A DNA stretch of 64,000 nt from a virus (IMGVR_UViG_3300022555_000003:32001-96000), one strand, 5' to 3'. Shown: positions 49,610 to 60,283, counted from the first letter of the stretch. Notes: generated by a model not told the origin, from the letters alone. Translations and numbers: made by a program.

Positions 49610-50293
49610 ATGATAATAAACAATTTTAATTATTCTAAGTTAAGTAGATCCAACGTAGATGGAAAACGATTATATTTAACTCCATCCGGAAAAAATGTTC
49701 CGTCGGTTACTACAATTCTAGATGTTACTAAGCCAAAAGCAAATAAACTGGCATTACAAAATTGGCGTAAAAGACTTGGTCCTGCTAAATCAACAGAAGT
49801 AACAACTCATGCTGCAGGTATGGGAACACGTATGCATAAATATTTGGAAGAATATTTTGAAACTGATGTGTTACGAGTACCAGGTTCCCACCCATATAGT
49901 ATTCAAAGTAATAAAATGGCAAGTGTTATTATTAATGAATATATTTATCCTCATATATCTAAATGCTTTGGAACTGAAGTTTCACTTTTTTATCCAGAAA
50001 TTTATGCCGGAACAACTGATGCAGTTGCAAGTTGGGATAATGAATTAGCTATTATTGATTTTAAACAAACCAATAAGAAAAAGAAAGATGAATGGGTTGA
50101 AGATTATCGATTACAACTAAGTGCATATATTTTAGCCCACGATGAAGTTTATGGAACTAAGATTGGTAAAGGTGTTATTTTAATGTGTAGTCAAAATTTT
50201 GAACCACAACATTGGGTTATAGATGGATTAGAATTAGACAGATGTAAAGAAGCATGGGCTAGGCGCGTAGAAGAGTATTTTAATCTTGATTAG
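49610..50293 (+). CDS. PD-(D/E)XK exonuclease (RecB/Cas4-like fold)
   Basis: VPSVTTIL, GTRMHKYLE, AGTTD, IIDFKQT, YRLQLSAY. Confidence 0.85.
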   Translation: MIINNFNYSKLSRSNVDGKRLYLTPSGKNVPSVTTILDVTKPKANKLALQNWRKRLGPAKSTEVTTHAAGMGTRMHKYLEEYFETDVLRVPGSHPYSIQSNKMASVIINEYIYPHISKCFGTEVSLFYPEIYAGTTDAVASWDNELAIIDFKQTNKKKKDEWVEDYRLQLSAYILAHDEVYGTKIGKGVILMCSQNFEPQHWVIDGLELDRCKEAWARRVEEYFNLD

Positions 50294-50325
50294 AGTAGAG
50301 ATAAATAACATACAAGGATAATAAC

Positions 50326-50841
50326 ATGGCAGTTACACAGATTTCAAAAATTACTGTTCGTAGAGGTAAACGTGCAAACTTACCACAATTAAGTTATGGT
50401 GAAATTGGATGGGCTGTTGATACCCGACAATTATTTATTGGCAACGGTAGTTTAACTGATGGTGCCTCAGTGGAAGGCAACACTGAAATTTTAACTGAGC
50501 TAAGTGAATTAGTTGGAATACAAAATTCTGTAACGTCGGTTGTGTTAACTGATAATACTTTTGTTGCAACATCATTTTATACTTTTAGTATAAGTTATCA
50601 TCCAGCTGGGATGATTAAATACAGTATCGATCGTAATGGAGTTTACCAAGCTGGTACTATCCAATATGCATTTGATGGAACAAGTACACTAAACATAACT
50701 CACACAGGAACTCCAAGTACAACCGCTGTAGGAGTTACAATTACTGTAGCTATTGTTGGAACTACTGCAACATTTTCATATATTTCAACAAACACAGGAA
50801 ATGATGCAATAATTAAAATAAAGAGAGAAGATTATTTCTAA
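50326..50841 (+). CDS. Probable virion protein with Mtd-type N-terminus
   Basis: ITVRRG..ANLPQL..GEIGWAVDT..LFIGNG. Confidence 0.6.
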   Translation: MAVTQISKITVRRGKRANLPQLSYGEIGWAVDTRQLFIGNGSLTDGASVEGNTEILTELSELVGIQNSVTSVVLTDNTFVATSFYTFSISYHPAGMIKYSIDRNGVYQAGTIQYAFDGTSTLNITHTGTPSTTAVGVTITVAIVGTTATFSYISTNTGNDAIIKIKREDYF

Positions 50842-51278
50842 TGAACTGGTATCAGGACGTTGAATTAAGAATTACAGAATGGCGAAAGTTTAGGAATGAA
50901 TTACAAAGTACAGAAGATCTAATAGATGTTCAAAAACTTTGGTATTCTGCTCCGTATAAAAAAGTATCGCCACTTTTAGATGAAAATGACAATTGGCCAA
51001 CACCGTGGACAATTTTTAATAATATGAGTTATTGCGATTTAGCTAAAGCACTAGGGATGTTTTATACAATCGCATTAGCACCAAAATTATCAAAATTGCC
51101 ATTACAACTAAATCTAATGCATACATTCGAGGGAGAACGTATATGTGTGGTATCGGTTGACAACGGTAAGTTTGTGTTAAATTTCAACAAAGAAAAAATT
51201 ATAAATACATCGATGATTAGTGATGAGTATCAACTCACTACTAAATATGTCAAAACAGATTTTAAATTACTAAAATAA
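50841..51278 (+). CDS. Hypothetical protein
   Basis: RITEWRKFR...WPTPW...C..AKALGM.YT. Confidence 0.7.
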   Translation: MNWYQDVELRITEWRKFRNELQSTEDLIDVQKLWYSAPYKKVSPLLDENDNWPTPWTIFNNMSYCDLAKALGMFYTIALAPKLSKLPLQLNLMHTFEGERICVVSVDNGKFVLNFNKEKIINTSMISDEYQLTTKYVKTDFKLLK

Positions 51279-51290
51279 TGGAGAGTATTA

Positions 51291-51353
51291 ATGAATACGT
51301 ATTTGGAGAATTTTGTCTCTGAAAGTTTACCTTCTGAGTTTGTATATGACTAA
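51291..51353 (+). pseudogene. 20-codon ORF resembling the nrdJ N-terminus
   Basis: MNTYLENFVSESLPSEFVYD versus MNLEKYKSDILSYEFL; GGAGAG SD; overlaps the HEG start. Confidence 0.5.
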
Positions 51354-52014
51354 TAACATTTATTATGTTTATCAATACTTAAGGACAGACAAAACGCCAT
51401 ATTATATTGGCAAAGGTAAAGATTATAGAGCATTTCAACCACACAATGTAGCAGTTCCAATAGATATTAATAATATTCAATTTATAGTAGAAAATGTAAA
51501 TGAAGAATATGCATTTTCATTGGAAAAATATTTGATTACATTGTATGGAAGAAAAGATAATGGAACCGGTATTTTACGAAATTTAACGAATGGGGAAGAA
51601 GGTAATTCAGGGTGTGTACATTCTGAAGAGTTTAAAAAGCAGAGATCAGAATATACAACAGGTAAAAATAATCCTATGTATGGGGTACATCGATTTGGAG
51701 AAAGTGCTCCAAATTTTGGAAAAAAACATACAAACGAAACCAAGAAAAAAATATCTGAATCTAGAAAAGGACAACCTGGACCAAGACTTGGAGCTATTTT
51801 ATCTGAAGAAACTAAGAAAAAGTTATCACTGGCTCGCAAAGGGAAGCCATTAACTGAAGATACAAAAAAGAAAATATCAATGAAATTATCAGGTGAAAAT
51901 AATCCTATGTATGGGGTTCATTTAAGTGGAGATAAAAATCATTTTTTTGGTAAAAAACATACAGACGAAACTAAGAAAAAAATATCAGAATCTAAGAAAA
52001 GGAATAAAAAATGA
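51346..52014 (+). CDS. GIY-YIG homing endonuclease with NUMOD3 repeats
   Basis: YYVYQYL...PYYIGKG..YR; LRNLTNGEEG; repeated NPMYG and HT.ETKKKISES. Confidence 0.88.
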   Translation: MTNNIYYVYQYLRTDKTPYYIGKGKDYRAFQPHNVAVPIDINNIQFIVENVNEEYAFSLEKYLITLYGRKDNGTGILRNLTNGEEGNSGCVHSEEFKKQRSEYTTGKNNPMYGVHRFGESAPNFGKKHTNETKKKISESRKGQPGPRLGAILSEETKKKLSLARKGKPLTEDTKKKISMKLSGENNPMYGVHLSGDKNHFFGKKHTDETKKKISESKKRNKK

Positions 52015-53957
52015 ATTTAGAAAAATATAAATCTGACATTTTATCATATGAATTTTTAAAACAATATGAAAATAAAACTCCACCATTTGGATTTAGTGGT
52101 TTAGGATATATTGTTTATAAACGAACATATGCAAGAAAAATAGAAGGTACAGATAGAACTGAAGAGTGGGCAGAAACTATAGCAAGATGTATAAATGCAG
52201 CACAATATCAAATCGATTCAAAATATACAATAGAAGAAGCACAAAGACTATTTGATCTGATTTTTAATCTAAAATGTAGTTTCGCAGGAAGGATGTTATG
52301 GCAACTCGGTACATCAACTGTTGATAGATTTGGAGCTAACTCTTTGTTGAACTGTTGGTTTACTACTATAAAAAAGACTGAAGATTTTTGCTTTTTATTT
52401 AACCAATTAATGTTAGGAGGTGGTGTTGGACTTTCAGTTAAGAAAGAAGATATCCACGAGTTACCTAAGATTAAAAAGAATGTAACTGTAACTCATAAGT
52501 TAACAAAAGATGCAGATTTTATTGTACCTGATTCAAGAGAAGGATGGGTCACTTTACTCAGAACTGTATTATCATCGTATTTTGATAATGGCAAGTCGTT
52601 TTCGTATTCAACAATTTTAGTTCGTGGATCAGGTGAAGCAATTTCAGGATTTGGTGGTACTGCTTCTGGTCCTAGAATTTTAATTGATGGGCTTATTAAA
52701 ATTTGTTCTGTTATTTCTAATAGAGAAGGTAAAAAATTACGATCTATAGATGTCTTAGATATATGTAATATTATTGGTTCAATAGTAGTTGCAGGAAATG
52801 TCAGGAGATCCGCGGAACTTGCTATTGGTGATCCAGATGATTTTCTTTTCTTACGTGCAAAACGATGGGATTTAGGTACTATTCCAAATTGGCGTGCGAT
52901 GTCTAATAACACAATTGAAGCTGATTCATATGATCAAATTTCTGAAGCAGTATGGGATGGATTTAAAGGTAATGGAGAACCATATGGGCTATTTAATTCA
53001 CCATTATCTCAAAAATATGGAAGACTTGGAGAAGAAAGAAAAGATAATTGTGAGGGACTGAATCCGTGCGCTGAAATCACCTTATCAGACAAAGAATGTT
53101 GTAATTTAGGTGAATTATATCTTAATAATATTGAAACAAAAGAAGAACTAATAGAATGCTCAACTCTATTATACAAGACTCAAAAAGCTGTATGTGCTAT
53201 GAATTTCCTACACGAAGAAACAAATGAAATAGTTCATAAGAACATGAGAATAGGTGTAGGAGTTACAGGTATTTGTCAGTCGCTTGAAAAAATTGAATGG
53301 TTAGACGCGGCTTATTTGAACTTAAGGAAATTTGATAAACAGTGGTCCAAACAAAATAAATGGCCTGAATCAATCAAACTAACTACCACAAAACCAAGTG
53401 GAACCTTGAGTTTATTGGCAGGATCAACACCTGGAGTTCATCCAGGTTTCTCTCGTTTTTTTATCAGACGAGTGCGTATGTCATCTGATGATAAATTAAT
53501 TCAATTTTGTAAAAATTTAGGATATCCTATTGAATATGCTAAGAATTTTGATGGAACTGAAAATTATGATACTTGTATTGTATCTTTTCCATGTAATTTT
53601 AGTGAAGGAACACTTCTAACAAAAGATATGAAAGCTACTGATCAGCTTAAACTAGTAAAGAAAATTCAAACTGTTTGGGCTGATAATTCAATTTCAGTAA
53701 CAGTGTATTATAAGAAAGAAGAATTACCTGAAATAAAAGAATGGCTTAAGGAAAATTATGAAACCTCAGTTAAATCAATTTCGTTTATGTTACATACTGG
53801 ACATGGTTTTTTACAAGCACCATATGAAGAGATTGATGAAATGAAATATAAATTATTAATTAGTAAATTAAAAACGTCAAAGTCAGAAGTAATTGAATTT
53901 TCAGATAAAGCTTTAGAAGGGCTTGAATGCGCTGCTGGAATTTGCCCTGTGAAATGA
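52011..53957 (+). CDS. nrdJ: Class II (B12-dependent) ribonucleotide reductase, monomeric RTPR type
   Basis: YKRTYAR, NCWF, GGGVG, GNVRRSA, NPCAEI, KPSGT, C-terminal CxxGxCPVK. Confidence 0.93.
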   Translation: MNLEKYKSDILSYEFLKQYENKTPPFGFSGLGYIVYKRTYARKIEGTDRTEEWAETIARCINAAQYQIDSKYTIEEAQRLFDLIFNLKCSFAGRMLWQLGTSTVDRFGANSLLNCWFTTIKKTEDFCFLFNQLMLGGGVGLSVKKEDIHELPKIKKNVTVTHKLTKDADFIVPDSREGWVTLLRTVLSSYFDNGKSFSYSTILVRGSGEAISGFGGTASGPRILIDGLIKICSVISNREGKKLRSIDVLDICNIIGSIVVAGNVRRSAELAIGDPDDFLFLRAKRWDLGTIPNWRAMSNNTIEADSYDQISEAVWDGFKGNGEPYGLFNSPLSQKYGRLGEERKDNCEGLNPCAEITLSDKECCNLGELYLNNIETKEELIECSTLLYKTQKAVCAMNFLHEETNEIVHKNMRIGVGVTGICQSLEKIEWLDAAYLNLRKFDKQWSKQNKWPESIKLTTTKPSGTLSLLAGSTPGVHPGFSRFFIRRVRMSSDDKLIQFCKNLGYPIEYAKNFDGTENYDTCIVSFPCNFSEGTLLTKDMKATDQLKLVKKIQTVWADNSISVTVYYKKEELPEIKEWLKENYETSVKSISFMLHTGHGFLQAPYEEIDEMKYKLLISKLKTSKSEVIEFSDKALEGLECAAGICPVK

Positions 53958-54019
53958 TTTATTGATTACAAAATAATTGATCCTAAGATTTGTCCGATAA
54001 AATAATTAAAAGAGGAAAT

Positions 54020-54322
54020 ATGAATTATACACCAAATGTTAGTGTAGTTTCGTTTAAGGTGATTGGCGGAGAAGAAATTGTTGCCAAATTTATTACAGAA
54101 GATGATGTTTCATTCACTATCTTTAAGCCACTTAGTATGGTAGCAAGTGAAAGAGGGTTAGCAATGACTCAAACTATGTTTAGCTCGAAGTTAGACAACG
54201 AGTTGAAGCTAAATAAGAATGCAGTTATTATGCACTCTCAATCACGAGATGAGATCGTTAATGGTTGGTACGAAGCAACTTCGGGAATTAAAACACCGAA
54301 GTCACAAATTTTAATGGGGTAA
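54020..54322 (+). CDS. Hypothetical Sm-like beta protein
   Basis: VSFKVIGGEEIVAK; GAGG SD. Confidence 0.65.
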   Translation: MNYTPNVSVVSFKVIGGEEIVAKFITEDDVSFTIFKPLSMVASERGLAMTQTMFSSKLDNELKLNKNAVIMHSQSRDEIVNGWYEATSGIKTPKSQILMG

Positions 54323-54329
54323 CAAAAAT

Positions 54330-54596
54330 ATGCCGGGGTGGCCAAGACTTGGAGATAAAGACAGTGCGGGAGCACCAATTATAGCTGGTGTTGCTACCAC
54401 TGTTTTTATAAATGGAAGACCAGCAGCTTTATTAGGAAGCAAATGTTCTCCTCACCCCGTCAATCATCCTATGTCATCATTGATAGGATGTTCTAAAACA
54501 ATAATATGTCAAGGTAAACCAGCTGGAATTCAATTCGGCGTCCAAAGTTGTGGGCATATTCAAATCCAAGCAAGTACGGATGTAATTATATCATGA
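54330..54596 (+). CDS. PAAR-domain spike-tip protein (gp5.4-like)
   Basis: RLGD..., VFINGRPAALLG, His/Cys ligands, CGH. Confidence 0.85.
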   Translation: MPGWPRLGDKDSAGAPIIAGVATTVFINGRPAALLGSKCSPHPVNHPMSSLIGCSKTIICQGKPAGIQFGVQSCGHIQIQASTDVIIS

Positions 54597-54739
54597 ATAC
54601 CGACACTAATCTCTTACTTTGTTTAGAAAAAATTAAAAAATCAAATGATAATGTTGAACTCAAACATCTAACTGAAGAGCTTACTGATATATTATTTAAG
54701 AAGCAGATACTTAATCAAACTCCTGATAAATAATATTGA

Positions 54740-56296
54740 ATGTATAACAACTTTTTTAGCGGCCTACAAATCAAAGCACTTACAGGAACCTTATTTGATG
54801 AAGGGATGGCCGCACCAGAAATTTCTACGTTAAGAACTAGATATGAATCATTAGCCGCAGTATCTAATTGGAGAGATGTATTCGGATCTTTAGCTACTGT
54901 TCCACAATATGATACATTGCAAACATTCAATGGTTTAGTTAATGCACAATGGACAAGTGGTAGTAATTGGGCATCTGGAATTACTGTTAGATATCTCCGA
55001 AATGTTTATGCAACAACTGGAACATTAACTCAGCCATTAACTCCATATGCCAATTTTAATGAAGAATTTACAGCAGGTTGGTGGTCGCCACTTCCAGTAG
55101 ATCCATACAGAATATTTTCAGTTGATCCTGGTCAATTATGGTATACAAAACAACTATTAGCTGTTAATAGTGGCGCATATACAGAACCTAAAGATTATAA
55201 ATTCTCTGATGATTTAACAACAATCACTTTTAGTAATCCTCCACTCATTGCTGATACTATTAATATTCAATTAAGACTACGTGATGTATTTTACACTGCT
55301 GGTGATGAATTTCCATATATGTTTGGATGTATTCCAACTGTTTTTACAGATAATTTAGGAAAAGGTAATTTGATTGATATCACTTACCCAAGAACTGTAT
55401 CTTTGTTTCCGCAAACAGTGGTTAGCTTTGATGGTAGCGACAATGCAATTGTAGTACCAACTCCATTTAATTGTTTAAATATTCCACACGGTTTAGAAAC
55501 AGGAAAATCAGTTAAATATACTGTTAGTGCAGGAAATGTAGCTATTGGCGGAATGAGTGCTGGAACTTTATACTTTGCGGTTGCAATAGATAGTTCAACT
55601 TTACAACTTTCACTTACTAGAGAAGATGCATTACTTGATAATCCGAAAGTTATTGAAATTACTGGAACAGGTATTGGAAATAGTCATCAAATATCTTTGA
55701 GTACGTATGGAATCAGAAAGTTTAGTTCTTTGTTGTCACAAGCAGTTGGATATGCAACAGCTAATAATTTAATAATGCCAAGTGCTGCCACCGCAACATT
55801 TAGTCAATTTGGTGATGCTAATTACTTAGTAACTGGTGGCCTTAGTGCAATGGGCGGAGTTAATCAAGCTGAATTTAATGCAGTTGGTCAAGCATTTTCT
55901 CAGACTGGCTCATTAGTAGATATGGGCGCTCCAAATGCAGCATTTAGTAATAATCAAGTATTAAGTTTATTACAAAGTAAAAATGCAGAATATGTTGGAA
56001 ATTCGCACTTAAAATTATTTGATCAAGTATTAAGCGACACACAAGGAACAAATATTATTTTAAATACTAATACATTAGATGCATTAAGGTCTCCTATTCC
56101 AAATGTATTTGCAGTTACTGATAGTATGATCGGTGTAACAACATTAACAAATAGTTCTCTTAATAAATTATTACCTAATTCGGGCGATAAATCTCTTAAA
56201 GATATTAATAACAATATTAATAATTTACTTACTCCCGAAGTAAACTTCCAAACACTTGGAGATCAGCTAGTTCCTTTTGATGGAGGAAAGGTATAA
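54740..56296 (+). CDS. Probable baseplate/virion protein
   Basis: Late motif upstream; follows the PAAR gene. Confidence 0.55.
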   Translation: MYNNFFSGLQIKALTGTLFDEGMAAPEISTLRTRYESLAAVSNWRDVFGSLATVPQYDTLQTFNGLVNAQWTSGSNWASGITVRYLRNVYATTGTLTQPLTPYANFNEEFTAGWWSPLPVDPYRIFSVDPGQLWYTKQLLAVNSGAYTEPKDYKFSDDLTTITFSNPPLIADTINIQLRLRDVFYTAGDEFPYMFGCIPTVFTDNLGKGNLIDITYPRTVSLFPQTVVSFDGSDNAIVVPTPFNCLNIPHGLETGKSVKYTVSAGNVAIGGMSAGTLYFAVAIDSSTLQLSLTREDALLDNPKVIEITGTGIGNSHQISLSTYGIRKFSSLLSQAVGYATANNLIMPSAATATFSQFGDANYLVTGGLSAMGGVNQAEFNAVGQAFSQTGSLVDMGAPNAAFSNNQVLSLLQSKNAEYVGNSHLKLFDQVLSDTQGTNIILNTNTLDALRSPIPNVFAVTDSMIGVTTLTNSSLNKLLPNSGDKSLKDINNNINNLLTPEVNFQTLGDQLVPFDGGKV

Positions 56297-57414
56297 TGAC
56301 TAATTTAAATGATGTAACTCCAGGGTTAACTAATAGCACACAAATTCTAAATAAAGCAGCACCTCAGTTATTAAATAAAGGAGGTTCGCTCCTAAATACA
56401 TTTGGTTCAAGTGCATTGCCTAATATACCGTCTGTAGTGAATGGTAAAGGTATATCGGGAATGATACCAACATCATTTGGTAAAATTTTACCAACAAATG
56501 TAGGAAGTTTAGCTAATGTAGACAAGACTATTGGACAACTTGGAGACAAATCATTAAGTTCATCAGATGTAAGTAGTTTAAAAAGACAATTTAACTTAAC
56601 TGGACCAGTAGGAGATAATGTCTCTAAATTTAGTGACTTATCTAATCCTACTAAAATATTTTCTAGTCCAGTTGCTGGAGTTAGTTCTTCTCCAGCTACA
56701 ATACTTAATTCAAATTTATCATCATTTGCAAGTAAGACAAGTCCAACACCAGGTATAGCTGCATTGCCAATGGATTTATCGTTGCCAAGTTTATTATCAA
56801 ATGGATTAAGTGGGATAAAAAGTGGAGGTTGTTTGGGATGTATGTCTGGAGGATTATCTGGAGGATTAGGAGCACTTGGTGGACTTGGAGGTCTAAGCTC
56901 TATTGCTGGAGTTAGTACAATTCCATCGTTACCAGGAATGCCAGCACCTCTTGCTGGACCACTCGAGAGTGTTTCTAAATTCACACCGCCTGGTTTATCT
57001 AGTTTACCTAGCCCGCCGTCTTTATCAGGAGTACCAGGATTGCCATCTACAGGAATTTCATCTAGTTTAACATCTCTACCAGGTGCTCCATCTCTACTTA
57101 GAGTACCAAGTATTCCAGGCGTTCCGTCAAGTTTAGCAACTATACCTGGTACACAAAATTTAACTAATAGTTTATCTAAACAATTACCTGGATCAACCAC
57201 AAATGTAATATCTACAATTGGAGCATCACCAAATAAAGCAATTCCATCAGCAACTTCATTGTTACCAAAAAGTGTATCTACTTTGTTGCCTAAAGGAACA
57301 TCTACCTTAACTCCTTCGGTTAATTCATTGCTGGGTTCTTTCGGTAATATTTCAAAACCTGTAATAAGTACAGTAAATACCGTTTTACCAAAATTTACAA
57401 AAGGAATTAAATAA
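56296..57414 (+). CDS. Low-complexity S/G/P/L-rich protein
   Basis: Coupled to neighbouring genes. Confidence 0.6.
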   Translation: MTNLNDVTPGLTNSTQILNKAAPQLLNKGGSLLNTFGSSALPNIPSVVNGKGISGMIPTSFGKILPTNVGSLANVDKTIGQLGDKSLSSSDVSSLKRQFNLTGPVGDNVSKFSDLSNPTKIFSSPVAGVSSSPATILNSNLSSFASKTSPTPGIAALPMDLSLPSLLSNGLSGIKSGGCLGCMSGGLSGGLGALGGLGGLSSIAGVSTIPSLPGMPAPLAGPLESVSKFTPPGLSSLPSPPSLSGVPGLPSTGISSSLTSLPGAPSLLRVPSIPGVPSSLATIPGTQNLTNSLSKQLPGSTTNVISTIGASPNKAIPSATSLLPKSVSTLLPKGTSTLTPSVNSLLGSFGNISKPVISTVNTVLPKFTKGIK

Positions 57415-58236
57415 ATGGCCGAATTTTTAAGTGAAGTTGGATTAGCGATGACTAAGATTAAAACTTTAGAAGGACTATCTAAAGTTTTAACATTATCTGA
57501 ACCTGTAACTTCAACTGAGTTCAATCAGCTAACAGATCGTTACGGAAAAGGCCAAGGAGATAATGCTAAACTAACCGCAGGAGATTGTTTAGGTAACACC
57601 AATTACGTAACAGTTCTGAATGATGTTATATCACTTATAATGGTCTTTCAAGGTGGAGCTACTATGAATGCAGTTCAATTAAAAGTACTATCACTTAAAA
57701 CTGCTATACTTGCAAATTCTTATGCGCCTTTTGGATCGTGGCACGAATTGATTATAGATTACAAAAATACAATTGACGCATTAGCTAAAACACTAAATGA
57801 AGAAACAATAGCACGTAAAAAAGATGGGCTGTGTCACCAATATAATTTATTAGCTGAATCACATAATACAAGTGCAAAGATTTATATTGATGCGCCTTTT
57901 TATCCAACAGCAATTAGTGATAAAAATCAAGCTTGTCCTGCTTTTTGTAAAGATTTACATTCAATTGGTGCCAACTCAGATAATTTTAATTCAGATATCA
58001 TAATAGAGGAATGTGGGCAGCTTGAATTAACAACAGGTCAAGCTATTATAGCTGCTGAAAGAGAAGGAAAAAATATAAACATATTAAATGATATTGGTAT
58101 TGTTACTGATTCATTTGCAAGTAACGGCAATGGCATTCAACCTAAAGAATCAGCACCAAAATTACCATCTGGTGGACGATGGTCACCACCAGTTGATAAA
58201 TATTCTTCTTTGCCAACTGGATCATCTAGTTTCTAA
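57415..58236 (+). CDS. Hypothetical protein
   Basis: ORF track. Confidence 0.65.
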   Translation: MAEFLSEVGLAMTKIKTLEGLSKVLTLSEPVTSTEFNQLTDRYGKGQGDNAKLTAGDCLGNTNYVTVLNDVISLIMVFQGGATMNAVQLKVLSLKTAILANSYAPFGSWHELIIDYKNTIDALAKTLNEETIARKKDGLCHQYNLLAESHNTSAKIYIDAPFYPTAISDKNQACPAFCKDLHSIGANSDNFNSDIIIEECGQLELTTGQAIIAAEREGKNINILNDIGIVTDSFASNGNGIQPKESAPKLPSGGRWSPPVDKYSSLPTGSSSF

Positions 58237-58242
58237 CATATT

Positions 58243-58869
58243 ATGATACCTAATAACAGAAAAGAGTTTAATAAATCCTGGTTAGTAGAAATGCCTGAAG
58301 GCATTGGCAATATTGAAATATTTGATATGATCCACTATAATATTAAAGATCAGATTCGTAATGGTGCTAAAGTGAATAATGTTACAAATCAACTTAGAAA
58401 AATTGTAGGATCACAAACAGCTTATTATTGGTTTGAAAATAATGGAGAAATTATTCTTGGCGCTGAGTTCTCAATTAATTCACAAAACTATACAGTAAAT
58501 GCAGTAGCTAAGTCACCAAACTGGCGTAAAAAAACACCATATGCTACCGATTTATATAAAGCAGTATTAGATGATACAAACAAAAGTATTCGTATATTCA
58601 GAGATTATCAAATGAGTAATTCTGGATTAGATATGTGGAAAAAATTATTAGATAGTGGTTGTCATATTAGTGTATATGATAGTAAAAATCCTGGAGTATC
58701 TTTTAAAGAAATACACGATACAATAGAACTTGAAAATTACTTTAAAGACGATGATACTAATTTTCGTCGTTACCAATATGTATTAAGTGAAGGACAGGTT
58801 CATTTAGATGTAATTGGATTCTTTAATACCAGACGAATGAGAGAATTAAGTGGTATAAGTTTAATCTAA
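58243..58869 (+). CDS. Hypothetical protein, possibly GNAT-like
   Basis: V..VAKSPNWR....ATDLY...I..D..MS..G..MWKKL recalls a phage GNAT pattern. Confidence 0.45.
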   Translation: MIPNNRKEFNKSWLVEMPEGIGNIEIFDMIHYNIKDQIRNGAKVNNVTNQLRKIVGSQTAYYWFENNGEIILGAEFSINSQNYTVNAVAKSPNWRKKTPYATDLYKAVLDDTNKSIRIFRDYQMSNSGLDMWKKLLDSGCHISVYDSKNPGVSFKEIHDTIELENYFKDDDTNFRRYQYVLSEGQVHLDVIGFFNTRRMRELSGISLI

Positions 58870-58896
58870 CGTTCGTATTTAAGTCCCAATTTGGAT

Positions 58897-59211
58897 TTAA
58901 TATGCATATTTTAAACCTTTGAGTATCAAATAAGTTAACTGTTCAGGATCAACATAAGTAGATCTAGAAATTTTAGTAAATGAATTTATTTCAACGCCTT
59001 CAAAATTTACACCACATAGATATGTTCCATATAAAATTGCTCCATTTAATGAAGCGCCAGATAGATTAACATTACCTAAATCAGCGAGACTTAAATCAAC
59101 ACCTGTTAAATTAGCACCACTTAAATTAGAATTCGATAAATTTGCATTTCTTAGAGAAGAATAGCTTAAATTGCATCCACGTAAATCTAAATCATTTAAT
59201 TTATACACCAA
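58897..59211 (-). CDS. Pentapeptide-repeat protein (family P)
   Basis: Pentapeptide repeats; DPEQLTYLILKGL. Confidence 0.88.
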   Translation of the reverse strand: MVYKLNDLDLRGCNLSYSSLRNANLSNSNLSGANLTGVDLSLADLGNVNLSGASLNGAILYGTYLCGVNFEGVEINSFTKISRSTYVDPEQLTYLILKGLKYAY

Positions 59212-59284
59212 GATAAATCTGAGTTACAAAGAGTTTCATCGTTGATTGTATATAATAATACTCCTCTAATAGATGTAATAAACA

Positions 59285-59785
59285 TTATTGTCTTGTTAAA
59301 AGTTCAGTGAATCTAATTAATTTGAAATCATCATCAAACAATGTTCCATCACACTGTAAACCATTATGCGTTCCGCTCCCATTTCCAAGATTAATTCCAG
59401 TATTTTTAAACATATTAAAACAACTAATACGGTGTTCACCTGAGTGTGTTAATTTTAGTCGGATGTACCAACCCGGATAATTTCGAGGAACATCTTTTTT
59501 ATATCCACCCCAATTAGTTTCTTTACCAATTGGTGCACTATGAGAATTAGAAACTTCGTCGGACCAAGTAAAGCTATAGAAATCAACTGAAATCGCACTC
59601 GGAAATTTTGAAGTGTCAATTTCTTTGTCTTTTTTAAAAGATTCATGATACCAGCCATTTGCTAAAAAATAATTCCAATGTTCAATTATAAATTCAACTA
59701 ATTCAACTCTTGATGCAACAGTATTTCGCATTTTCTCGAAAACTGGTTTAACTACCATTGGGATTTCATCACATGTTAAAATCAT
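59285..59785 (-). CDS. Hypothetical protein
   Basis: ORF track. Confidence 0.7.
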   Translation of the reverse strand: MILTCDEIPMVVKPVFEKMRNTVASRVELVEFIIEHWNYFLANGWYHESFKKDKEIDTSKFPSAISVDFYSFTWSDEVSNSHSAPIGKETNWGGYKKDVPRNYPGWYIRLKLTHSGEHRISCFNMFKNTGINLGNGSGTHNGLQCDGTLFDDDFKLIRFTELLTRQ

Positions 59786-59787
59786 AA

Positions 59788-60003
59788 TTAGTCTTTTTCT
59801 CTTTTTGATTTACGTCCTATGTGGTAATATCCGCACCAAGGGCAAGTGTAAATATTATAAGTTCGTCCAGGACGAATACACTCTAACGAATACGCTTGTT
59901 TTGTAGCAACCAATTGACTCACATATTTCAATTTGGTCAGACATTGATAAAATTCAGTAAGCCGATTTTTGTACAAATCAACATCTTTTCTATCAACTGG
60001 CAT
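59788..60003 (-). CDS. Small protein with YxCxxCxxxHIG motif
   Basis: YTCPWCGYYHIG. Confidence 0.65.
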   Translation of the reverse strand: MPVDRKDVDLYKNRLTEFYQCLTKLKYVSQLVATKQAYSLECIRPGRTYNIYTCPWCGYYHIGRKSKREKD

Positions 60004-60283
60004 AATTTTACCTACTGCTCGTATTTTTCAAGCCACCGGATACCATAAGTTTCTGCATCATTCTTTTCAATCCAATCTTCAAGTGCAGCTTCATCTTCGA
60101 ACTTCTTTGTCCATCTAAGACAATTCATGCCCTTAATGCCGTATGCTTCAATAGTATTTTTGCGTTTCATTTCGAGTCCATCCAATTTCCAAATTTTTCT
60201 AGAATTTTTTCGAACCCACCAGTAATCAATACCACTCCAGCACAGAATGCCAAAAAATACACAAGCGAAAGAAAGTCAGCTAA

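Noticed and set aside
49610-50293. Cas4-like nuclease as part of a CRISPR system
   Set aside because: Stand-alone PD-(D/E)XK exonucleases are common in large phages; no array or other cas genes are seen.
52011-53957. Intein or intron in nrdJ, the helicases or the ligase
   Set aside because: Protein lengths are ordinary, no C/S...HN-C/S/T intein boundaries were seen, and reading frames are uninterrupted.
56364-57524. 386-aa antisense ORF
   Set aside because: Mirror of the low-complexity plus-strand gene; biased codons explain the lack of stops.
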